The notes below the pieces were generated by a model. That model did not search any database. It worked only from the letters and a program-made list of their open reading frames with translations, and was not told the DNA's origin. A DNA stretch of 64,000 nucleotides from Christensenellaceae bacterium (GTDB lineage Bacteria > Bacillota > Clostridia > Christensenellales > Borkfalkiaceae). Positions 10,134 to 18,319 of this stretch are shown here, piece by piece (position 1 is the first letter of the stretch; each line of letters starts with the position of its first letter). A program made the position numbers and the translations under genes. The stretch covers positions 56,534 to 120,533 of the forward strand of contig JAZOCB010000015.1 in NCBI GenBank assembly GCA_045596265.1. Reading direction: 5' to 3'.

Positions 10134-12392
10134 ATGAGAAAGATCATAAATATTAATCAGAACTGGTTATTTTACAAAAACACCACGGCAACGGGCAATA
10201 AGGACGGGGCTGAACAGATAAGCCTCCCCCACACCTGGAACGCAATCGACGGCATCGACGGCGGAAACGATTACTTCCGCGGCACCTGCCTGTACGAAAA
10301 GCAGTTTACCCGTGAGGAGCTTACCTTAGGTAAGCTTTGCTACCTGGAGATTCAGGGTGCAAACTCCTCTGCCAGCGTATATCTTAACAGCAAAAAGCTT
10401 GCCACCCACGACGGCGGGTACTCCACCTGGAGGGTCAACCTTACCGACCACGTTGAGGATAATAACCTACTTTCCATCGAGGTTGACAACGCCCCCAACG
10501 ATTACGTTTATCCCCAGATGGCCGACTTTACCTTTTACGGCGGCCTTTACCGCGACGTAAACCTTATCTTCGTCCCCGAAAGCCACTTTGACCTTGACTA
10601 TTACGGCGGCACGGGGCTTATGGTAACCCCAAAGCTTGAGGGTAACGGCGCCCACGTGGTAATAAAAACCTTCGTCACGGGCAAAACCGAGGAAAACACC
10701 GTCCGCTATGAGATTTTGGACGGCGATACGGTCATCGCCGAGGAGGTTTTAAAGGCTGACACCGCCACCCTGTGGATGGAAAATGCAAGGCGCTGGAACG
10801 GCCGCATCGACCCCTACCTTTACACCGCAAGGGTAACCCTTTTAAAGGACGGTGAGGAGGTTGACGCCGTTACCTCAAGATTTGGATGCCGCACCTTTGA
10901 GATCGACCCTAACAGAGGGTTTATCTTAAACGGTGAGGAATACCCCTTAAGGGGTGTTTCCCGCCATCAGGACAGGCTTGGTGTAGGTAACGCCCTCACC
11001 CACGCCCACCACGAGGAGGACATGGATCTTATCTGTGAAGTAGGTGCAACCACCATCCGTCTTGCCCACTATCAGCACGACCAGTATTTTTACGATCTGT
11101 GCGACAGTCGCGGCCTGGTTATCTGGGCGGAGATCCCTTACATCTCACGCCATCTTCCCAAGGGCAGAGAAAACACCCTTTCTCAGATGAAGGAGCTTAT
11201 CACCCAGAACTACAACCACCCGTCCATCGTCGTATGGGGACTTTCCAACGAGATAACCATGGGCGGTGCTGACGATCCCGACCTTTTGGAAAACCACCGC
11301 ATCTTAAACGACCTTGTCCACAGTATGGACGAAACACGCCTTACCACCATGGCCTGCGTATCCATGTGCGGCATTGAGGAGCCTTACGTCCAGATCCCCG
11401 ACGTGGTTTCCTATAACCACTACTTCGGCTGGTACGGCGGCGACACCACCATGAACGGTCCTTGGCTTGATAAATTCCACGAAAGGTTCCCCAATAAGCC
11501 CATCGGCTTAAGCGAGTACGGCTGTGAGGCCCTTAACTGGCACACCTCCACCCCCACCCAGGGCGACTATACGGAGGAATACCAGGCCTTTTACCATGAG
11601 GAGCTTATAAAGCAGCTTTTCACAAGAAAATACGTCTGGGCAACCCACGTGTGGAACATGTTTGACTTTGGTGCGGACGCCCGTGCCGAGGGCGGCGAAA
11701 ACGGTCAGAACCACAAGGGCCTTGTCACCATGGACCGCAAGTACAAAAAGGATTCCTTCTACGCCTACAAGGCGTGGCTTTCAGACGAGCCCTTCGTCCA
11801 CATCTGCGGCAAGCGCTACGTTGACCGCGTTGAGGACGTAACCAAGGTCACGGTGTACTCAAACCTTCCCGAGGTTGAGCTTTTCGTCAACGGCGTAAGC
11901 GTCGGCAAAAAGGAGTGTAAGGAGCATTTCTTCTACTTTGACGTGGAAAATAAAGGCGAAAGCAGCCTCAAGGCCGTCAGCGGTGAGTACAGCGACCAAT
12001 CGGTTATAAGAAAGGTCGATACCCCCAACGAGGATTACATCCTTAAGGAAAAGGGTGCCGTCCTTAACTGGTTTGACGTTGAGACCCGTGAGGGAAGATT
12101 CTGCTTAAACGACAAGATGGGCGATATTTTGCAGACCTTCCGCGGCAAGCTTTGGTTTATGAAGATAGGTCTTAAGATCAAAAAAGCCATGGCAGGGGTA
12201 AAGGGCGACGGCGCCAAAAAGGCCGCCGGCTTTGAGCTTACCCCCGATATGATGCAGATGCTTAACGGCTTTACCGTCCTTCGTCTTACAAGCCTTATCG
12301 GTATGCTTAACGTTACCTTTGATAAGGAAACCTTGCTTAAGATGAACAAGCAGCTTCTCCGTATCAGAAAGCCAAAAAACAAAAAGAAATAA
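10134..12392 (+). CDS. Glycoside hydrolase family 2 (beta-galactosidase/beta-glucuronidase class)
   Basis: GH2 sugar-binding, Ig-like and TIM-barrel pattern (NQNWLF...HTWN, IRLAHYQHDQYFYDLCD, WGLSNE, WNMFDF). ATG 10134 is preceded by GGAGAA. Confidence 0.85.
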   Translation: MRKIININQNWLFYKNTTATGNKDGAEQISLPHTWNAIDGIDGGNDYFRGTCLYEKQFTREELTLGKLCYLEIQGANSSASVYLNSKKLATHDGGYSTWRVNLTDHVEDNNLLSIEVDNAPNDYVYPQMADFTFYGGLYRDVNLIFVPESHFDLDYYGGTGLMVTPKLEGNGAHVVIKTFVTGKTEENTVRYEILDGDTVIAEEVLKADTATLWMENARRWNGRIDPYLYTARVTLLKDGEEVDAVTSRFGCRTFEIDPNRGFILNGEEYPLRGVSRHQDRLGVGNALTHAHHEEDMDLICEVGATTIRLAHYQHDQYFYDLCDSRGLVIWAEIPYISRHLPKGRENTLSQMKELITQNYNHPSIVVWGLSNEITMGGADDPDLLENHRILNDLVHSMDETRLTTMACVSMCGIEEPYVQIPDVVSYNHYFGWYGGDTTMNGPWLDKFHERFPNKPIGLSEYGCEALNWHTSTPTQGDYTEEYQAFYHEELIKQLFTRKYVWATHVWNMFDFGADARAEGGENGQNHKGLVTMDRKYKKDSFYAYKAWLSDEPFVHICGKRYVDRVEDVTKVTVYSNLPEVELFVNGVSVGKKECKEHFFYFDVENKGESSLKAVSGEYSDQSVIRKVDTPNEDYILKEKGAVLNWFDVETREGRFCLNDKMGDILQTFRGKLWFMKIGLKIKKAMAGVKGDGAKKAAGFELTPDMMQMLNGFTVLRLTSLIGMLNVTFDKETLLKMNKQLLRIRKPKNKKK

Positions 12393-12412
12393 ATTACAGT
12401 CGTAATTTTTAA

Positions 12413-12443
12413 GGGACGGGCCTGACCCGTCCCCCTTTTTTTT
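12413..12443 (+). terminator. Rho-independent terminator after GH2
   Basis: GGGACGGG-CCTGA-CCCGTCCC followed by a T8 run. Confidence 0.8.
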
Positions 12444-12500
12444 GTTGTAAAGGTCCTTTTTGTGTGATATAATATAAAAAAACAAGGCGAAAGGGCTTTT

Positions 12501-13427
12501 ATGAGCGAGTACGTATTAAGCTATTATCCAAAATTTGCTTGTCTGAAAGGCGGGTGCAAGCACACCTGCTGCGCCGGGTGGCAGGTGCCCATCGACGGGG
12601 ACACCCTTGAAAGCTATAAAACAAACAGTAAGGTTGCCGCCTTTGTAAAAGCAGGCGTAAGCTTTAAAAAATCGGCCTATAAGACGATTAACGGGGGCAA
12701 ATGTGCCTTTTTGGATGAGTGCGGCCTTTGCAGGATCCATGCAGAGCTTGGCGAAGATCACACCGCCGCGGTATGCCGCGACCATCCAAGGTTCAGGACG
12801 GCGTTATCAGACCGCATTGAAACGGGCCTTGGCTTTAGCTGTGAGGCGGCCGCAAAAATAATCCTTTCCTACGAGGAAAAAATCACCCTCGTAAAATTTG
12901 GTGAAGACTGCGGTCACGGCCCCGAAAGCCCCGTTGAAAAATATATTTTAGATCTCCGCCAAAGGGCCTTGGATATAATTCAGGACAGAAAAACCCCTAT
13001 TAACGGGCGTATAGGCCAACTTTTGCAGCTTTGCTACGGCAAAATCGACCAAGTGGATATTTTAAAGCTTAAAAAAACACTTCTTCGCCTTGAAAGGCTT
13101 GACAAGGGCTGGGGAAAAAGATTAAGGTCAATAAAGGGGGCTTCTCCACCCCACGTCCGTGAAGAATTTGCCCTTTACTGCGAGCAGTTTTTGGCAAATT
13201 CCTTTTACCGCCACCTTGCCCTTTCGGAGGACACCTTATCCGTCCGAACGAGGGTCGTGGGGCTTATCCTTTGCTGGCATCTTATTGAATCCCTTGCAAT
13301 TTTTGAAGGCCCAAGCCTTGATACCTTTGTGGACGTGGTGAGAAGCTTTTCCTGCGAGGTGGAATACTCCACCAAAAACCTTGAAAGGCTCTTTAAATTT
13401 TTTGAGGGGCTTGTTATCCTCACTTAA
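12501..13427 (+). CDS. FliB-family Cys-rich protein (flagellin lysine-N-methylase-like)
   Basis: The N-terminal pattern F-x-C-x4-C-x3-CC-x-GW-x-V-x-ID ... C-x-FL-x3-GLCRI ... C-x-D-HPRF parallels Salmonella FliB. There is no flagellar context in the window. Confidence 0.6.
   Translation: MSEYVLSYYPKFACLKGGCKHTCCAGWQVPIDGDTLESYKTNSKVAAFVKAGVSFKKSAYKTINGGKCAFLDECGLCRIHAELGEDHTAAVCRDHPRFRTALSDRIETGLGFSCEAAAKIILSYEEKITLVKFGEDCGHGPESPVEKYILDLRQRALDIIQDRKTPINGRIGQLLQLCYGKIDQVDILKLKKTLLRLERLDKGWGKRLRSIKGASPPHVREEFALYCEQFLANSFYRHLALSEDTLSVRTRVVGLILCWHLIESLAIFEGPSLDTFVDVVRSFSCEVEYSTKNLERLFKFFEGLVILT
12666..12692 (+). repeat. Dispersed 27-bp repeat family copy, inside the FliB-like CDS
   Basis: AAAAAATCGGCCTATAAGACGATTAAC versus consensus AAAAAGTCGGCCTATAAGCCGATTATC. 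Read in frame it gives KKSAYKTIN. Confidence 0.6.
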
Positions 13428-13446
13428 GGCCCCGTCCAAAAAAACG

Positions 13447-13474
13447 ACAAGCCGCCATAAACGGCGGCTTGTTT
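13447..13474 (+). terminator. Stem-loop after the FliB-like gene
   Basis: ACAAGCCGCC-ATAAAC-GGCGGCTTGT followed by TT. Confidence 0.6.
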
Positions 13475-13558
13475 ACACTTTAACAAAACTTTAACGTTTT
13501 TTTAACAATTTTTCAATGGGGACAGGTTAAAATATAAAAAACCCTTGAAGGAGATTTT

Positions 13559-14233
13559 ATGCTTAAAATTTTAGTCGTTGAGGACGATTTGGCCTTAAAC
13601 GGGCTTATAGCCGCCTGTTTGGAGGAAAAAGGATACGCCGTAAGGCGCTGCTTTGACGGTGAAAGCGGATACGCGGCCTTTTCAGAGGGCGGTTTTTCAC
13701 TTATTATAAGCGACGTGATGATGCCCAAAATGGACGGCTTTGCCCTGGCGGATAAGATCCGTCAGACAGACGTCAGCGTGCCCATAATATTCACCACCGC
13801 AAGGGATGACAAGCCCTCAAAGGTGTACGGATACAGGCTGGGTGTAGACGACTATATCACCAAACCCTTTGACGTTGACGACCTTATCTTAAAGGTGTCC
13901 GCCTTTTTGCGCCGCGCGAAGATCAATAACGAAAAGATGATTTCCGTCGGCAACCTTATAATGAACGACGAGGAGCGCACCGCCCTTATCGACGGGGAAG
14001 AAATTTCCCTCACCCAGCGTGAGTTTGACATTTTATTCAAGCTTTTATCCTACCCCAAAAAGACCTTTACAAGGTCTGCCCTTATGAACGAGTTCTGGGA
14101 TTACGATTCCTCCGCCACCAGCAGGACCGTTGACGTGTATATGGCAAAGATCCGTGAAAAGACCCAGGCCTGCAACGGCTTTGAGATTTTAACCGTCCAC
14201 GGCCTCGGATATAAGGCGGTCATCAAGCAATAG
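13559..14233 (+). CDS. OmpR-family response regulator
   Basis: Receiver domain (VVEDD...SDVMMPKMDG...TA...KP) plus a winged-helix C-terminal domain (LTQREFDILFKL...GLGYK). Confidence 0.92.
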   Translation: MLKILVVEDDLALNGLIAACLEEKGYAVRRCFDGESGYAAFSEGGFSLIISDVMMPKMDGFALADKIRQTDVSVPIIFTTARDDKPSKVYGYRLGVDDYITKPFDVDDLILKVSAFLRRAKINNEKMISVGNLIMNDEERTALIDGEEISLTQREFDILFKLLSYPKKTFTRSALMNEFWDYDSSATSRTVDVYMAKIREKTQACNGFEILTVHGLGYKAVIKQ

Positions 14234-14249
14234 CGCACCTTTTTACCTG

Positions 14250-14276
14250 AAAAAGTCGGCCTATAAGCCGATTATC
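14250..14276 (+). repeat. Dispersed 27-bp repeat family copy
   Basis: AAAAAGTCGGCCTATAAGCCGATTATC (equals the consensus), 17 nt after the response-regulator stop. Confidence 0.8.
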
Positions 14277-14348
14277 ACAGCTTTATTAAAAACGTGCCGC
14301 CCAAAAGTCTGACGGCGGCAAAGCCTTGAAGGCTAAAGGATAACCACC

Positions 14349-15395
14349 ATGAGAAAGAGCAAAAAAGGCTTTTGGGCCTTTGTCGGGGAAATTGCCATTC
14401 CTTTTTTGACGGTCTTTGTTATCGTGACCGTCGCCCTTGTGGTATATATGAAGATAAGCCGCATCGCCGGAGATAACTTCGGCCTTGTCTACACCGTAAT
14501 GATCCTGACCGTTTTTGTTCTTGCCGTGGCCTTTGTCGTGGCAGACAGAATACAGCGCAAGATCACCACGGGCAATCCCGTTTCCGAAATTTTAGAGGCG
14601 ACCGAAAAGATCGCCCGCGGGGATTTTTCCGTAAGGCTTACCATAAACCACGCTTACGAAAGGTATAACGACTACGACCTTATTAAGGAAAACCTTAACG
14701 CCATGGCTGAGGAGCTTAACAAAAGCGAAATTTTAAAGACCGACTTTATCGCCAACGTCTCTCACGAGCTTAAGACCCCCCTATCGGTCATACAAAGCTA
14801 CGTTTCCCTTATTGAAAAGGAGCCCGATCCTACCTTGCGGACAAAATACGTCTGTACGGTAAAGGATGCCACCAAAAGACTTTCAAGCCTTATCACCAAC
14901 GTTTTAAAGCTTAACCGGCTGGAGCATCATTCCCTCACCTGCGACTGCGCCCCCCTGCGCCTTGACGATCTCATTGCCGAAAGCGTCATCGCCCTTGAGG
15001 AGAAAATTGAAGATAAAGCCCTCACCCTTGACTGCCGCCTTGACGAGGTGGAGCTTTCAAGCCACAAAGGCTACCTTGAGATCATATTTACCAACCTTTT
15101 AAGTAACGCCGTAAAGTTCACCGACCCGGGCGGAAGCATCACCGTAAGGCTCTCCGACCTTGGCGATTTTGCACAGGTGGATATAACCGACACGGGCTGT
15201 GGCATCCCACCCGAAACGGGCGCCAGGATATTTGATAAATTTTATCAGGGCGACACTTCCCACGCGGGCGAGGGTAACGGCCTTGGCCTTGCCCTTGTCA
15301 AAAGGGTGATCGACATTTTGGGCGGAAAAATTACTGTTAAAAGCCGCGTCGGCGAGGGAAGCACCTTCTCCGTCACATTGAAAAAAACGTTATAA
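14349..15395 (+). CDS. Sensor histidine kinase (2 TM, HAMP, HisKA, HATPase_c)
   Basis: H-box FIANVSHELKTPL, N-box LLSNAVKFT, and G-boxes DTGCGIP / GNGLGLALV. Confidence 0.92.
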   Translation: MRKSKKGFWAFVGEIAIPFLTVFVIVTVALVVYMKISRIAGDNFGLVYTVMILTVFVLAVAFVVADRIQRKITTGNPVSEILEATEKIARGDFSVRLTINHAYERYNDYDLIKENLNAMAEELNKSEILKTDFIANVSHELKTPLSVIQSYVSLIEKEPDPTLRTKYVCTVKDATKRLSSLITNVLKLNRLEHHSLTCDCAPLRLDDLIAESVIALEEKIEDKALTLDCRLDEVELSSHKGYLEIIFTNLLSNAVKFTDPGGSITVRLSDLGDFAQVDITDTGCGIPPETGARIFDKFYQGDTSHAGEGNGLGLALVKRVIDILGGKITVKSRVGEGSTFSVTLKKTL

Positions 15396-15413
15396 TATAT
15401 TAAGGAAGGACTT

Positions 15414-15809
15414 ATGAGCGACCAACCTAAAAACGATCTTTTTGAATACACCTATTCAGCCCCCACAGAAAGGGAGCGCAAAACCATTGAAGCCATAAGA
15501 AATCAATACACCCAAAAGCCGCAGAAATCAGCCTTTGAAAGGCTTGTTGCTCTGGACGAAAAAATAAAGGGGAGCGCCACCGCCGTTGCCCTTATCCTTG
15601 GCGTTGGCGGGTGTCTTATCTTCGGCCTTGGCCTTGCCATGGTTTTGGAGTGGCAGCTTTTTATCCCCGGCATAATCGTCATGGCCCTTGGGGTCGTACC
15701 AATGCTCCTTGCCTACCCCGGCTACAAAAAGGTCTTTAAAATGGGCAAGAACAAATACGGTGAGGAAATTTTAACCCTTTCGGCAAACCTTCTTAAAAAG
15801 GATAAATAA
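15414..15809 (+). CDS. Small membrane protein (131 aa), paralogue of 16058..16411
   Basis: Soluble N-terminus, two hydrophobic helices, and a C-terminal KYGEEILTLSANLLKK matching KYSGEILSLTDKFL in the paralogue. Confidence 0.7.
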   Translation: MSDQPKNDLFEYTYSAPTERERKTIEAIRNQYTQKPQKSAFERLVALDEKIKGSATAVALILGVGGCLIFGLGLAMVLEWQLFIPGIIVMALGVVPMLLAYPGYKKVFKMGKNKYGEEILTLSANLLKKDK

Positions 15810-15824
15810 TTCCGTTTTTTTGAT

Positions 15825-15932
15825 AATTCACACCATAAACCGCAAAAGTCGACCAATAGGGCGATTAATGCGGTTTTTAATTCACACCATAAACCGCAAA
15901 AGTCGACCAATAGGGCGATTAATGCGGTTTTT
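15825..15932 (+). repeat. Perfect 54-bp tandem duplication (2 units), each holding a diverged copy of the dispersed repeat
   Basis: AATTCACACCATAAACCGCAAAAGTCGACCAATAGGGCGATTAATGCGGTTTTT occurs twice (15825-15878 and 15879-15932). Each unit has an AAACCGCA...TGCGGTTT inverted repeat. Confidence 0.95.
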
Positions 15933-16057
15933 TTGTTTTTTAAGGGCTTTAACAAAAGGTTTACAAATCTTTTCAAAACGGAAACCTTTTTTTAGCAAAA
16001 AAGCCACAACCCTTGGGTATAATGTGCTTGTAAAACAAAAAAGGAAGGAACAAAAAA

Positions 16058-16411
16058 ATGACAAATCAAAAATTACAGGCACAAAAGATCCGCAACTATT
16101 ACACCGATCAAAGCTCCGGCGACTTTGAAAAGATCAAAGCACTCAACAAAAAGGTCAAGACCCCTGCAAGGGTATTTTCCTACGTATTTGGCACGGTTGG
16201 CTCACTTATCCTTGGCACGGGCATGTGCCTTGCAATGGGCGTCATCGGCGCAAGCCTTGCTTACGCAATGCCCCTTGGTATTGCCGTAGGGTGCGTCGGC
16301 ATTTTGATCGCCGCCGTCAACTACCCCATCCATAAGGGAATTTTACGTCGCAGAAAGAAAAAATACTCTGGCGAAATTTTAAGCTTGACCGATAAATTTT
16401 TATGTGAATAA
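16058..16411 (+). CDS. Small membrane protein (117 aa), paralogue of 15414..15809
   Basis: Same architecture and shared motifs as 15414..15809. AGGAAGGAA lies upstream of the ATG. Confidence 0.7.
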   Translation: MTNQKLQAQKIRNYYTDQSSGDFEKIKALNKKVKTPARVFSYVFGTVGSLILGTGMCLAMGVIGASLAYAMPLGIAVGCVGILIAAVNYPIHKGILRRRKKKYSGEILSLTDKFLCE

Positions 16412-16427
16412 CAGGCGGGTTTTATCC

Positions 16428-16679
16428 ATGGGTATCAAAAAGTTTTTTAAGGACGCTTTTCACGATATGAAGGAAAGCGCAAAGGCTCAGCACGAAGTTG
16501 ACAAGGCAAACCTCGCCGCCGTCAAGGCAGAAAGCAAGGCAAATTTTGAGGAGGCAAAGCTTTCCCCCAAGTCCCGCACGGAAAAATTAAACCGTGAGCG
16601 CCAAGAGAGTCTTCTTAAGGCGCAGGAAAGAAAAGCCGCCGCAGAAGAAAGAATACAGGCCGCAAAAGAAGGCAAATAG
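16428..16679 (+). CDS. Small charged helical protein (about 83 aa)
   Basis: Lys/Glu/Ala-rich coiled-coil-like sequence. The ORF opens at GTG 16404; the ATG at 16428 (MGIKKFF) is preferred. No family recognised. Confidence 0.45.
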   Translation: MGIKKFFKDAFHDMKESAKAQHEVDKANLAAVKAESKANFEEAKLSPKSRTEKLNRERQESLLKAQERKAAAEERIQAAKEGK

Positions 16680-16729
16680 GATTTTAGTGGGGCGGGGCTT
16701 TTGACCACCGCCCCCATTTTTTTATAAAT

Positions 16730-17239
16730 ATGCTTGAAAATTTCATCCGGTGCGCCGCTTATCTGGTGGCGATAAGCGCCCTTATTTATATCCTGGGCCG
16801 CCTCTTGCCCTATTCCGCCATACGTGAAGATAGCTTCCCCTTCGCTCCGCGCCCCTTTGAGCGGCAAGGACGATTCTATCTGAAGCTTGGCGTAAAAAGA
16901 TGGAAGCCCTTTTACCCCGACGCAAGCATCGTCATACATAAAATAATAAAGGCCGTGCCCGAAAAAAACCTTAAAGGCCCTTCCGCCGGTAAGCTTCAGG
17001 TGCTTATAAAGGAAAGCTGCAAGGCGGAGCTAACTCACCTCCTCGCCCTTTTTGCCGCCATCCCCTGTCCCATATTTTTCAGCTGGCCGGGCGCCATTTT
17101 GGGTGGGCTGTATTTTTTGATAAACCTGCCCGCCATAGTAATCCAGCGATACAACCGCCCCCGTCTTTTGCGGGCCGCGGCAAGGCTCTTGCAAAAAACA
17201 CCCAAGCCACGCCGCCAATTCACTAGCCTTATCTCTTAA
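16730..17239 (+). CDS. CrtO-family membrane acyltransferase (glycosyl-4,4'-diaponeurosporenoate acyltransferase-like)
   Basis: KESCKAELTHL ... VIQRYNRPRL matches the S. aureus CrtO signature (ETKRAELIHW ... IVQRYNRPRL) at similar length. Confidence 0.65.
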   Translation: MLENFIRCAAYLVAISALIYILGRLLPYSAIREDSFPFAPRPFERQGRFYLKLGVKRWKPFYPDASIVIHKIIKAVPEKNLKGPSAGKLQVLIKESCKAELTHLLALFAAIPCPIFFSWPGAILGGLYFLINLPAIVIQRYNRPRLLRAAARLLQKTPKPRRQFTSLIS

Positions 17240-17419
17240 CCAATAAGCACGCTGCCTAACTTAAAACAAATTATTAAGCCGCGCGGTGCGGTGTCAACAG
17301 GCGACCTTGCGGATTTGCCCTCGCCCGAGGGGTGCGTTCTTTATCACCGCGCTAAAAAAAATCCACCACGGCCGACCAAAAAAGTTGACACGCAAAAGAT
17401 TTTAAGTTAGGATAAGGTT

Positions 17420-17845
17420 ATGGAATATTTAGACAGATTTAACGCCCTTGTGGGCGACACCCTTATGTACTGCCAACGGGTGGAGCACGACGTCAAGATA
17501 ATTTACGCCGCAATGCTCAAGGGTGATTTTAACCAAAACCTTAGCCTTGTCGCCGCAGAGACCTTAGGCACGGTGGTCACAGCCCTTAAAAAGCTTGACA
17601 AAAGCGACAGTCGGCCGACCTTTTCCCACGGGGATTTTGCCGTCCTTAAGGAAATAAAAAACGTAAGAAACTGGCTTTGCCACAGGTGTTACGTTGATTT
17701 TTTGTACCTTGACGGGCGGGCCTTTGAGGATAAGCTTTGTGAAAGCTTTGACTATCTTTTTGCCTTTAACCGAAAGCTTAAGGGCCTATCCGCCGCGGTC
17801 GAAAAGGTCCGCTTTGACATGCTTAAAAAATACGGAAGAATTTAA
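17420..17845 (+). CDS. Stand-alone HEPN-like protein (141 aa)
   Basis: All-helical small protein with IKNVRNWLCHRCY, which fits the HEPN R-x4-H motif. No MNT or antitoxin partner is adjacent. Confidence 0.5.
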   Translation: MEYLDRFNALVGDTLMYCQRVEHDVKIIYAAMLKGDFNQNLSLVAAETLGTVVTALKKLDKSDSRPTFSHGDFAVLKEIKNVRNWLCHRCYVDFLYLDGRAFEDKLCESFDYLFAFNRKLKGLSAAVEKVRFDMLKKYGRI

Positions 17846-17870
17846 AAAAACGGCCAAATAAGGCGGTTAC
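17844..17870 (+). repeat. Dispersed repeat family, diverged copy
   Basis: AAAAAAACGGCCAAATAAGGCGGTTAC, overlapping the stop codon (17843-17845) of 17420..17845 and extending immediately downstream. Confidence 0.4.
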
Positions 17871-18153
17871 TTTAAAATGTGTCCGCCATTATATACAAAC
17901 AACCGTTTTTAATCCGTATACTGCAAACAACTAAAAATTTTAGCAAAAATTTACAAAGGTTTTTTTAAAACTGCCGTTAAAATGCTTTACAAAACAAAAA
18001 AATTTGTGTAATATTTACACGTAATCAGCCGCTGGATAACCGCGGCACAGAAAACGGTTCATCATTTTCCCCCTTATCATATATTTTTCAGACAGTTGGC
18101 AGTTTGCGTGTTATGTGAACTGTCAATTGTTTTTTTTATGTCCAAAAAAAGGG

Positions 18154-18224
18154 TTATCCACAAAAAAGCGGCAAAAATAAAGGGTTATCCACAATTTTTT
18201 GGCAAAATAACAAGGTTATCCACA
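18154..18224 (+). promoter_or_regulatory. Cluster of three perfect DnaA boxes (TTATCCACA) in direct orientation, 31-bp phasing
   Basis: GGTTATCCACAA at 18154, 18185 and 18216 (box starts), embedded in a 31-bp repeat unit (GGCAAAA(T)AA..GGTTATCCACA). It lies 40-110 bp upstream of the sdaA promoter. Confidence 0.8.
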
Positions 18225-18262
18225 AAAGGCGGTCAAAATTGCCGCAAAAATTGTCAATTTAG

Positions 18263-18291
18263 TTGCTTAACTTAAAAAAAGGGGGTACAAT
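18263..18291 (+). promoter_or_regulatory. SigA-type promoter of sdaA
   Basis: TTGCTT, 17-nt spacer, TACAAT. Confidence 0.5.
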
Positions 18292-18319
18292 ATAACTATC
18301 CTTGAGGAGAAGTTTTTGA

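Noticed and set aside
17281-17352. 72-nt GC-rich segment closed by an 8-bp stem (GCGCGGTG...CACCGCGC), considered as a tRNA or small RNA
   Set aside because: It has no T-loop (GTTCRANYC), no D-loop, no recognisable anticodon arm and no terminator. The evidence is not sufficient to call an RNA gene.
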